A stretch of DNA of 64,000 nt from Thecamonas trahens ATCC 50062 (taxonomy: Eukaryota > Protista > Apusomonadida). Each line of letters begins with the position of its first letter. The stretch's first letter is position 1. This document shows, one piece after another, positions 44,306 to 54,692 of this stretch. The stretch spans positions 62,001 through 126,000 of the forward strand of contig NW_013657646.1 in the NCBI RefSeq assembly GCF_000142905.1, read 5' to 3'. A program made the position numbers and the translations under genes. A model generated the notes under the pieces. It made no database searches. It saw nothing but the letters and a program-made list of their open reading frames with translations, and was not told where the DNA came from.

Positions 44306-47300
44306 ATGTCTTCTGCAGGGAGCACACGGAGGGTCTCCTCCGCCTCCTCCTCCTCATCATCTACATCCTCCTCGGCAAGCAAGTCTTCTGCTTCGGTTGC
44401 TTCCGCTACCAGTCATGATCGTCCATCCTCAGCAGCATCGTCCACAAGCGCTGCATCTGCCTCTAACCCGGGCTCGGCTGGCTCGGCTCATAGCTGGCTG
44501 GCTCGGCTGGCTCGGCTCATGGCGCGGCGAGGGTTGCGGCATCGGCCTCGACCACATCTGCCGCATTTACGGCATCTGCCACATCCACGGCATCTGCATC
44601 GATACCCACAGAGAGCGCTGGGCGTGGCTTACAGGGCAGACAGGTTGCGAGCAACGTGTCTTCGTCGCAGCTATCGGCTGGCGAAGGTGACGTTGATGGC
44701 GGAGAGGAGAGGCCGAGTGGACCGAGCAGTGAGCCGAACGCTAACGCGCTGGCCATGGCGTTCACCTATGGGTTCAACAAGAACATCCTGCAGGGTGTGC
44801 AGGCGCTTCGGACCCGCAAGCGCAACGTACGCTGAGAGAGCAAGAGAGGGGGAGCGAGCGAGAGAGGGAGGGAGGGAGCGAGAGTGTGGGAGCGAGAGTG
44901 CGTTGGCTAGGGCAAAGCGACTCACCTTACATGATGGTACTGGCACGATGCCACTGGCATAATGGTACGACGGTTTGGTGTGTGCGATGGCAACAGGCGA
45001 TGTTCTACGTCTCGGGCCACACCGGAGTCATCCACGACCTCGACACCAACCAGCAGCAGCTGCTTCAGGGCCACTGCAACCCAATCACGGCGGCGTGCGT
45101 GTCTAAGGACGCCAAGTGGATCGTGACGTCCGACACAGGGCTCGATTCGATGGTGATTGTTTGGGAGGCCGCAAGCGGGACGCCGGTCAAGACCATCTTC
45201 CAGTCGCAGATGGATGCGCTGACTGGGTTTGCCAACTCGGGCGTGGTTGCGCTCGGACTCTCGCACGGTGCACGGTTCCTAGCGACGCTGTCGTCGACGT
45301 CGCCGCAGATGCTGGCGCTTTGGGACTGGGCGGCACTGCCGGGGCCGGACGAGGTGGGCGCGGACGACGCGGTGCCGTTTGCGCCACTGGTCTTTGCGCA
45401 TGTGCCGACCACCGACCTCCAGCTCTCGGTGGCGTTCAACGAGTACGTCAAGGGCCATGAAGGGACGAGCCTGGTCACCAACGGTGACTCGCGGGTGGTG
45501 TTCTGGCACTGGTCGCCGGACGAGCGAGTGTCGACGACCGCCGGCGAAGACGGCGGTGACGACGGCGACAGTGGCGGCGGCCTTGTCTCGCAGCACAAGC
45601 TCCACTTTTACGCCCCGCCCATTGTGGCGTCCGAGTTTAAGCACGCCATGGGCGCGTTTACACTCTCGATCTTCCTCCCACATGGCGAGCAGGCGCTGAC
45701 GGCGACGGTCGACGGCGACGTCATCCTCTGGGACCGCGGCCTCCCCGAGGAGGGCCTCAAGCCGACAGACAAGAAGGCGGTCAAGGCATTGCAGCTGCAC
45801 TCTGACGTCGCCATCAACGTCATCATTGCCACCAAGGATCACATCGTTACCGGCGGCGAGGACGGCATGGTCCGGTTCTACGACTACTCGTTCCACCTTG
45901 TGGCCTGGTTCGAGGAGCTGCACGCCGGGCCGGTGACCTCGCTCTCGTTCATGCCTGAACTCGCGCCGCTGGGCGAGGGCGGCGACGAGGGCGCCGGGTG
46001 GCGGCCGGGCTCGGTGCCGGCACCGCCGCGGCGGGCGCTTGTCGGCGCCCACAAGAGCGTGGGCGAGGCACTTGACGAGGAGCTCAAGGCCGCTGACTTT
46101 CTGGTTGGCACCGCCGACGGCTTGGTTCTCCAGGTCCACGCGTCCAAGTTTGGCCAGCTCGGCGTGATGCCCGAGGACCAGTCGACGGTCCTCATTGAGG
46201 CACACAACGACGCGGTGCTTGCGCTGGCGACGAGCCCCGCGGCGCCGCTGCTGGCCATCACTGGTGCCTCGTCGCTGCTGCAGGTCTTTGACTACGAGGC
46301 CAAAGCGCTGGTCGTCTCGCGGGTCATCGACGAGGACCCCAACTGGGTGGCCAAGATGGAGGCTGCCGAAGCCGAGGCCGGGCCTGGCGGCGATCTTGGT
46401 GAGATTGAGGGTGCTGAGCCGCCCGGCGCGCATCTTCAGGCGGTGGTGTACGACCCGACCGGCCTGTTTCTGGTTGTCGGCTCGGCGACCGGGGCGGTCA
46501 ACGTGCTCGACGGGGCGACGCTTGCGCTCACACCCAAGGGCCACTTTACCACCTCCAAGGGCGCGGTTCTCCACCTCGCCTTCTCCGAGTGCTCCACATA
46601 TCTGGCGGCCGCCGACGCCGACAACTGCGTTGCGATTTTCCGCGCGACGGAAGCAACCCAGGCGACCCTCTCCAAGGCCAAAACCAACTCCAAGGTTTAT
46701 GCAGCGGCGGTGGCGGCAGCGGCGGCCTCAGCGGCGAGCGAGGCGGCGGACCTTGTGGCGTCGACAACGGCTGTCGGTGGTAGTGGCAGCGGCGGGATTT
46801 TTGTCTCGTCGTCGGCAGGCGTGCTTGCGGCGGCAGCGGGCATCGAGCGGCCAGAGCTGCCGCCGGTCTCGGAAGTCGAGGCGGCGTACGAGTATGTGGG
46901 CCGGTTCCGGTCACACTATGCGCAGATTGTGGGCCTCGCGTTTGGGGTGGGCAAGGACGACGCGCCGCGGCTCATTTCACTCGGTGCAGATCGGCACCTT
47001 GTCGAGTACGACCTGGCCAACTCGAGCGTGACCGGCGGCGTGGCGATTCTGGCGGCGACCAAGATCGAGGAGACGGCGGTGCCGACGGCGCTCTGGTGGC
47101 ACCACAACAACTCGTATGTGGTTGCAGACTCAGAGTACAAGTTCAAGGTGCTGACGAGCGAGCGCCAGCCTGCAGTGCGATCGACGTACCTGGCGCCGAC
47201 GTACGGGCTGCCTGTCAACGCGCTCGCGCCGCTGCCGTCGCGGTCGGGGCTTCCGCGGTACGCGGCGTACGCGACGCCGGAAAAGGTCATCGGCCTGCTC

Positions 47301-48050
47301 AAGTTGCCGCTGGACGGCAACCCGAACAAGGCGATGGGTCTCATTGCGCAGCCCGGCGCGGTGACAGCACTGGCAGTGTCGTCAGACGGCAAGTATGTGT
47401 TCTCTGCCGGCGGCGACGACCTGGCGGTCAACCAATGGGGCGTGCACACCGAGGCGCTCGACGTGCAGGCAGCGCTCGGCGGCGAGGGTGTGGACCCATA
47501 TGCAGCTCTAATCGAGGGCGGAAAGGACGGCCCGTTCTACGAGGACATCAAGGACTACTTTTACTATGCCCAGATCCTGACGCAGGGTGAGAACACCACC
47601 GAGGAGCGCGACGTCGACAACCATGTCCACGTCGACCGTTTGCCAGACATCATGCGGGCACTCGGCTTTTATCCAACCGAGCACCAGGTCGACAACATGA
47701 TCAACCAGGTCAAGTACTCGCAGTGGGACGTGACGCAGCGAATCCGGACGCACCTTGACTTTGAGGAGCTCATCATGATCTACGTCAACCATCGGCCGGT
47801 CTTCAACGTCGGTCATGCGCAGATTGCTGCCGCGTTTGACGCGCTCGGCGCGGAGCAGGTGACCGGCCTCCTCCAGCGCGAGCGGCTGTTCACCTTTTTG
47901 CAATCGCGCGGCGAGGCCATGAACGAGCAGGAGCTCCTCGAGTGCCTGGCTGCGCTTGTGGCCGATCGCGACATCGAGGAGGTTCTTGGCGCCAACATGA
48001 CTGCTGCTGACTTTGCCGAGAGCGTCCTCGGCTTTGATCCTCCTCTTTGA
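44306..48050 (+). CDS. CFAP251: CFAP251/WDR66 (WD40 repeats plus C-terminal EF-hand-like region). Exon 1 ends 44826, exon 2 is 44997-48050. Start is 44306 with a frameshift, or 44755.
   Basis: AMAFTYGFNKN; LLQGHCNPI; LPLDGNPNKAMGLIAQPG; DYFYYAQI; MRALGFYPTE; YVNHRP. Confidence 0.9.
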
Positions 48051-48235
48051 GTACACACACACGCACACACACACACACACAAACTTAGCTGGGAAAGCTC
48101 TGCCGCGTCTGCTTGCCCCGACCGCCCGTCTCTCCTGCCGAGTCTTGCCCAACGCCAGTGAGCCCCGAACCGGCCACAGCTCACTCTTTCGACGAGCCCG
48201 TGCTCAGCGACAGAGAGCGAGTCAAGGTGGAGGCC

Positions 48236-51102
48236 ATGCCCAACGTGCTTGACCTGCACAACGCAGACTCTGAATCCATTCCCAGCACACCGTCCAACAG
48301 CAGTTCCAGAAGTCATGACGGAGAGTATGGTCATGGTGGTGGCCAAGCTGGACGAGCTGGGCAAGCTGGGCAAGCTGGGCAAGCTGGGCAAGCTGGACAA
48401 CCTGGTCTCCTCCGACATGCCTCTGATACAGGCAACGTCCGGCTCTCCTTCCCACAAGGAGGGCAAGCACGGATGACCACGGCATCATCGCTCAAGGACG
48501 TTCGCTCTGTTCTCAAGAACAAGCAATGGCTTGATGATCATGATCGTTTGAGAGCTGAGAAGGGTACGCATGTCATGGTGCAATGGCACGAGTCACGTGA
48601 GCCCGTGCCCCAGGTCGAGGGGGGGGGGGGGGTAGGGAGAGAGAGAGAGGAAGGGGGATGGAGTACATGTGACTTATGTGTGTGTATATATGTGTGTGTA
48701 TATGTGTGTGCGTGTGTGTGCGTGTGTGTGTATGTGTGTGTATGTGCGTGTGTGGGTCGTGGTTGGCGCGCGGGTGGCGCGCGGGGTGGCGGCGGTGGCG
48801 GGAACCTGGACGGCGATGGCTCTATCTGTCTATCTCTCCCTCTCTTTCTTGACTATGGTCTGATACCGGAACGTTATATCTATCAACAGCCCGGCTTGAC
48901 TCGCGGCTTCACGAGGCGCTGTTGGTCGACTCGAAAGAGGAGGCTCTGGCTCGGGCAGCACACTACATTGATGTGGCGCTGACCGAGCGCAAGGTGCAGC
49001 TCGGCGGTCTCACGCGGTTCCAGCGCAATTTGTACCTGCTCCGCAAGAACTGGATGTACCTGTGGTTCATCCGGCTCAATATCCTTCTCCAGCTCGGCCT
49101 CGTGCTCATCGAGCCGGCGTCGCGGCGGACGGCGGAGGACAACCACAAGCAGTTTCTTGCCGAGGTCATCATCGGCTCGTTTTCGGTCTTTATCCAGCTT
49201 CTGGATGTGTGGATCCGGGCGTATCCGTTTGGCCTCTCGCACTTTAAGGAGCCGTGGAATTCGGTCAATGCAGCTGTGGTCTGCATCAATGGCCTGGACA
49301 TCATTTTCCGGCTCTCGCGGGTCAGCTCGTTCCGGTTTTCGCGGGCGGCACGACCGCTTCTACTCATCGCGCAGTCGCGGCGCCTGCGGCAGACGTTCTC
49401 GCTTATCGTCAAGTCGATGCCGGCGGTGCTCGGCGTCGGGCTCATTTTCTTTGTCATTACCGCTTGTTACGCGCACCTCGGCGTTATGCTCTTTCAGGGC
49501 CAGTACAGCTACCGCGAGGATGAGATCCCGGCCGGCGACTTTAACACGTGGTCGGCGGCCATGCTCTCGCTCTTTTTCCTCATCACCACCGAGAATTACC
49601 CGATGATTATGTACCCGGCGTTTGACGTCTCGCAGTACGCGTCGGCGTACTTTATGTCGTTCATCTGCGTCCATTTCGTGCTCATGGCACTCCTTCTGGC
49701 CGTCGTTTTTGACGCCTACTCGGAGGAGCACCGCAGCCACATTGTGTCGTCGCTGGTCAAGGAGAAGCGCAACCTCATGCTCGCCTTTCACTGCATTGAC
49801 CGCGACAACTCAGGCTTTGTCGATGTCTCCGAGTGGGAGGACTTGCTGAGAGTCATCCGGCCCGACCTCGACCCGGAGCAGTCGCGGCTCATGTTTGCGC
49901 TGCTCGACACCGACGGCGACGGCGAGCTCAACGTCGACGAGTTCACCATGCTCGCCGACATGCTGACGTGGAAGTTTGAGCGCCTGCCGGAGCGCGACCT
50001 GTGGCAGCGGATGTGGGACAAGGTGGCGTCGGTCATCGGCGTCCCGCTTGCCCTTCTCTACCTCGTCGCCATCGGCAAGCCCCTGGAGTACGTGTACAAG
50101 GCCGCCATCATAGTCAATGCCATCCTGCATCTTGTTTACGTCGAGGACACACTGCCCAACTTTGTCGCCTACCTGCTCCTCATCTTTGTCATCTTCTTTA
50201 CTCTTGTTCTCGCCATCAAGCTCTGCGGACTCGGATACTCGACGTTCAAGTCGTCGGCGTTCAACCTGTGGGACACGTTTGTCATCGGCACGACCTGGAT
50301 CTTGTACATCTGCTACAAGGCCGGCTGGGTCCCGCACTTTTACAATGTCACGTGCTTCCTCCTTCTCTCGCTGTGGAACGTCCGCCAGCGGCACAACGGG
50401 CTCATCGCCAAGATGCTCGGCATCGACGAGCGGTTTGACTCGTTCCTGGCCTCGGTCAAGCAGTCTGGCTCGATCATCTTCTCGCTCCTTGTCGTCGTCT
50501 GCCTCCTCCTCTACTCGTACGCCATCATCGGTATGGAGCTCTTTGCCGGGCGGTTCGACAAGCCGGCTAACCCGCCGTACGACAACGAGGAGGCCAACTT
50601 TAACGACTTTGGGCGGGCCCTGCTCACATGCTTCCAGGTCCTTGCCACCAACAACTTTAACGAGATCGCCCGCTACGCTGCCTACTCGACGGGAAACCCG
50701 TACACTTCGTGGTACTTTATCTCGCTCTGGACGCTTGTCACCACCCTCCTGGTCGATCTCCTCGTCTCGCTCCTCATTGAGGCCTTTACCCGGACTGTCG
50801 ACAACCCCGAGATGAACTCGCAGAGCTTCCTCCTTGGAGACGAGACTGGCTCGATCAAGGTCCGCCGTCGGCGCCGCTGGTCACGCGAACTCATCAAGCG
50901 CGACTTTTCCGAGGGCGATCGCGAGCAGCTCCTTGTCCAGGCTCGCGACGCGCTGGTGGTTAAGCTCACCCACTTTCACCAGCGCTCCATGCACACCATG
51001 CACACCCGCAACGCGGCGTACACCACCCTCCGCTCGCCTGTCGACGACATTGGCGGGACACACGTCAACGATGCCACCGAGTACTCGCCTCTTCTAGCCT
51101 AA
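48236..51102 (+). CDS. Two-pore channel (TPC) with EF-hand linker. Exons 48236-48563 and 48890-51102.
   Basis: Two 6-TM repeats; pores LITTENYP and LATNNF; EF loops DRDNSGFVDVSE and DTDGDGELNVDE; phase-1 GTACGC..CAG intron. Confidence 0.9.
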
Positions 51103-51233
51103 AAGAAGGCAAGTCGCACCTGTCGCGCCATTGATCATGCCAGTCCGGCCTTGGAGCTCGTGTGCCGCGAGAAGCAGCAGTCGGTCGAGCGGCCGGTGAG
51201 TGTCAACACCCGACTCGACTCGACGCGGCGGGC

Positions 51234-52529
51234 ATGGCAAAAGCAACAGGCTACAGCGAGATACAGTGGCATCACGGACGCCCGAGCGAGGGAGGAAAGT
51301 ATGCCGGACTAGCTGCACGCGGGGTGTGTACGGCAACTGTGGGAAAGTATGTATGCGTGTTTGGCGGCTTCTTTCAGACCGCGCCGGCCGAGCAAGAGTG
51401 GGACGGCGATGAGGCGGCCCGCGACACGATGGTGGTGATAGACGGGTGGGCGGTGAAGGAAGGCTTTGATGACAGAGTCTCTGCTGGCAGCGACAGCGGT
51501 AGCGACAACGATAGTGGCAGAGAGGATGGTATCGCGGGTGGGGTTGGATCGACGGGCGAGCAAAGGCCGCGACCTTGCGGGCGTGGTCATGGCCACATGG
51601 CGAGCTTGGGCGATGACAAGGTGCTGCTGTTTGGGGGAACATACTTTGATGACGATGCCGATGACGATGTGTACCTTAATGATACATGGCTGTTTGATGT
51701 CGGCAAGCGCAAGTGGCAAGAGCTGGCGCGGTACGGCGCTGAGCCGCATCAGCGGGCCGAAGGAGTGATGGTGGCGGTGCCGGGTACGCACACTGATGTG
51801 TTGGCGGCGGTGCTGGCATTGATGGATCCGGATACTTTGGCCAAACTGGAAAGTGTCGGACTTGAGGTTCGTGCACGCGATGGATGCGCTGTGCTGTTTG
51901 GCGGGACATGCTGGCCGGACGAGATCGACTCGCGGTTCTACCGCGACGTTCGGGTTGCGGTCCTTGTGGGACGTGCTGACGGCGGGTGTGCGACCGGTGT
52001 GGCTTGGATCAAAATCAATGCCGGTGGGATCCGGCCGCCAACGCTGCGCGGGGCAACTGGAGTGTTTGACGCAGCGAGCGAGGCGCTCGTCATCATCGGC
52101 GGACGGCATCAGTCGCCGTTCGACGACGTCTTTTACTACGGCGACGTGTACTCATTGGATCTGCTGAGCATGACGTGGGAACAGCTTTCTGTAACTGGCG
52201 ATGGCTTCCGCCCGCGTTTTGACCTCGGTGCGGCGTACGTGGGACCGCTGGAGCGCACGATCGTGTTTGGTGGCAACGTTGTGGACGACTACCTCGACGA
52301 CGGCCCACACAACGACGTGTACGAGCTCAACACCAACGTGTCGCCGGCGATGTGGCGGGCGGTGGGCCGAGGCAGCTCTCGCGCACCAGGAAGACGGTTC
52401 CAGCACGCGGTGGCAACCGTGAGCTGCGGCGAGTTTGTACGGGTCTTTGTGGTTGGCGGCTTCACCAACACTGGCGTCCGGGACGAGTACTACCCCGATC
52501 TCTCGTGGTTCGACCTTCCGCTGTTGTAG
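51234..52529 (+). CDS. Kelch-repeat protein
   Basis: Six FGG/IGG/VGG motifs with YLNDTWLFD and W-containing blades. Confidence 0.85.
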   Translation: MAKATGYSEIQWHHGRPSEGGKYAGLAARGVCTATVGKYVCVFGGFFQTAPAEQEWDGDEAARDTMVVIDGWAVKEGFDDRVSAGSDSGSDNDSGREDGIAGGVGSTGEQRPRPCGRGHGHMASLGDDKVLLFGGTYFDDDADDDVYLNDTWLFDVGKRKWQELARYGAEPHQRAEGVMVAVPGTHTDVLAAVLALMDPDTLAKLESVGLEVRARDGCAVLFGGTCWPDEIDSRFYRDVRVAVLVGRADGGCATGVAWIKINAGGIRPPTLRGATGVFDAASEALVIIGGRHQSPFDDVFYYGDVYSLDLLSMTWEQLSVTGDGFRPRFDLGAAYVGPLERTIVFGGNVVDDYLDDGPHNDVYELNTNVSPAMWRAVGRGSSRAPGRRFQHAVATVSCGEFVRVFVVGGFTNTGVRDEYYPDLSWFDLPLL

Positions 52530-52792
52530 TGAGAATGGCGGGGGCGGTTAGCAGCTGTCCGCAGCGACGATGCTGGTCGTTGGACCGGGTGGCGTAGTTG
52601 GCTTCTGGGGTTAGGCGCGGTCGGCCTCTTCCCACATGCCCATGGCACTGCCCTCGGTCTTGTCCCTAGTGATGACCAAGAGCTGGCACCGGTCCGACAT
52701 GCAACATACGTCCGATATGTGTCGTGGTGCATGACGAGGCCTATGCTGCTTGCGCCTTTGCTTGGGTCGTACGCGAAGGCCGTTTCTTGGCC

Positions 52793-52901
52793 GCCGATGC
52801 CCAAGCCGATGGCTATCCCGATGCCCGGGTCGAGAACTATCCCGATGCCCAGGCTAGTGTTTAGCCCGATGCCTAGCCCGTTGTCCAGGCCGATGTCTAG
52901 C
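52793..52901. repeat. Degenerate 12-bp tandem repeat (CCGATGCCYARG-like)
   Basis: CCGATG recurs at 12/24-bp spacing. Confidence 0.65.
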
Positions 52902-53061
52902 TTCTCCAAATCACCAGCCTCCCCCCCCTCGCCCGTTCCCCTCCCCGGCCGCGAGCCCTCATCCACGTTCAGTAATCTCGGTCTGTCGATTTGTTCGACA
53001 GCACCTGTCGCCCCCCCTCCCGACACCACGCACCACTACCCAGCACCCGTACAGCCGAGCC

Positions 53062-54678
53062 ATGTTCCGCACATGCATCAACATCGGCCTCCGGCAGCAT
53101 GCAGGCATTGTCCAACGTAGCGTGTCTTCGCTGAGCAAGCTTGTTGACTTGGACGTCCGTCATCCGCACTCGCGTGACCGCAAGACCAAGGTCATCTGCA
53201 CCGTTGGTCCGGCCACCTGGGATGCCTCGGGCATCTCCTCCCTGCTGGATGCTGGGATGAACGTGATGCGGCTCAACTTTTCGCACGGCAGCTACGAGGA
53301 CAAGGCAAAGGCCATTGCTACTTTGCGTGCCGAGCTGGATCGCAATGCTCGGAGTGACGTCGACTTTGACGACGGCTCGTGCGAGGATCTCTGCGCCATT
53401 GCTGCCGACACCAAGGGTCCCGAGATCCGAACGGGCGCTGTGGCCGACGGCGCAAAGGCGGTCGAGCTTGTTGGCGGCTCCACCGTCGAGATCACCACCG
53501 ATCCGCAGTTTGCTACCTCGTGTACGGCAAGCAGGCTCTTTCTCGACTACCCAGACTTTGCCAACGAGGTGAGCGAGGGCCAGACCGTGTTTGTCGACGA
53601 CGGGCTCATCGAGCTGACGGTGACCGGCCTGCACCCAGGTGAGGGCGCGGTCGATGCTAAAGTGGTCAACGGCGGCATGCTTGGCTCAGGCAAGGGGATC
53701 AACTTGCCGGGCGCCTCGCTATCACTGCCGGCGGTGTCGGAGCGCGATGCGGCGGACCTGGCGTTTGCTGTGGAGCAGGACATGGACATTGTCTTTGGCT
53801 CGTTCATTCGCTCGGCAGCCGACATTGCGGACATCCGTACGGCGCTCGGCCCTGCCGGCGCGCACATCATGGTCATGGCCAAGATCGAGAACTGGGAGGG
53901 CGTGCTCAACTTTGACGAGATCCTGGCAGCTTCGGACGGGATCATGGTGGCACGTGGCGATCTCGGCATCGAGGTTCCGGCGTCCAAGGTGTTTCTCGCG
54001 CAAAAGTCGATGCTGGCCAAGTGCGTACTCGCCGGCAAGCCGGCAATTGTGGCGACTCAGATGCTCGAGTCGATGGTGAAGAACCCGCGCCCGACGCGGG
54101 CCGAGGTGTCGGACGTCGGCAACGCCGTCGTCGACGGCGCGGACGCCGTCATGCTCTCGGGCGAGACTGCAGTTGGTGCCTATCCGCAGGCTGCGGTCCA
54201 GATCATGGGCAAGGTATGCCAGGAGGCCGAGGCGGTCATCGACCACGGCGAGCTCGGCGCAAGCATCCGCGGACGCCACGCCGCGTACGAAGACGTGCTG
54301 GTGAGCGTCGGTGATCACCACAAGGACGCGACCCGCGATGCCATCGCGTCGGCCGCCACCGACGCTGCAGCCCGCATCCAGTCCCCGGTCATTGTCGTTC
54401 TCTCGGCGTCGGGCGGAACCGCCCGCGACGTCGCTCGCTTTCGGCCCGAGGTTCCGATTGTGGCGGTGACCGACGACGCGCGGGTCGCGCGCCAGCTCAA
54501 CGTCTCCAAAGGCGTGTTTCCGGTAGTTGTTGCGCCGGCGCCGTTGGACGCGATGCGCGCATCGGGCGTCGCGTTCGGCAAGTCGCTCGGCCTTGTCGCG
54601 CCCGGCGACGAGGTCGTGGTCGTCGCAGCCGTCGGCGACGACGCCGACCCGACGGTCGGCATCCATGTAGCGCACTGA
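53062..54678 (+). CDS. PYK: Pyruvate kinase with N-terminal extension
   Basis: RKTKVICTVGP, RLNFSHG, DTKGPEIRTG, AKIEN, DGIMVARGDLG, ATQMLESM, MLSGETA. Confidence 0.97.
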   Translation: MFRTCINIGLRQHAGIVQRSVSSLSKLVDLDVRHPHSRDRKTKVICTVGPATWDASGISSLLDAGMNVMRLNFSHGSYEDKAKAIATLRAELDRNARSDVDFDDGSCEDLCAIAADTKGPEIRTGAVADGAKAVELVGGSTVEITTDPQFATSCTASRLFLDYPDFANEVSEGQTVFVDDGLIELTVTGLHPGEGAVDAKVVNGGMLGSGKGINLPGASLSLPAVSERDAADLAFAVEQDMDIVFGSFIRSAADIADIRTALGPAGAHIMVMAKIENWEGVLNFDEILAASDGIMVARGDLGIEVPASKVFLAQKSMLAKCVLAGKPAIVATQMLESMVKNPRPTRAEVSDVGNAVVDGADAVMLSGETAVGAYPQAAVQIMGKVCQEAEAVIDHGELGASIRGRHAAYEDVLVSVGDHHKDATRDAIASAATDAAARIQSPVIVVLSASGGTARDVARFRPEVPIVAVTDDARVARQLNVSKGVFPVVVAPAPLDAMRASGVAFGKSLGLVAPGDEVVVVAAVGDDADPTVGIHVAH

Positions 54679-54692
54679 GGGGCAACTATGTT

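Noticed and set aside
48346-48398. 9-bp repeat GCAAGCTGG (also the RG repeat at 29741-29810)
   Set aside because: In-frame low-complexity coding repeats.
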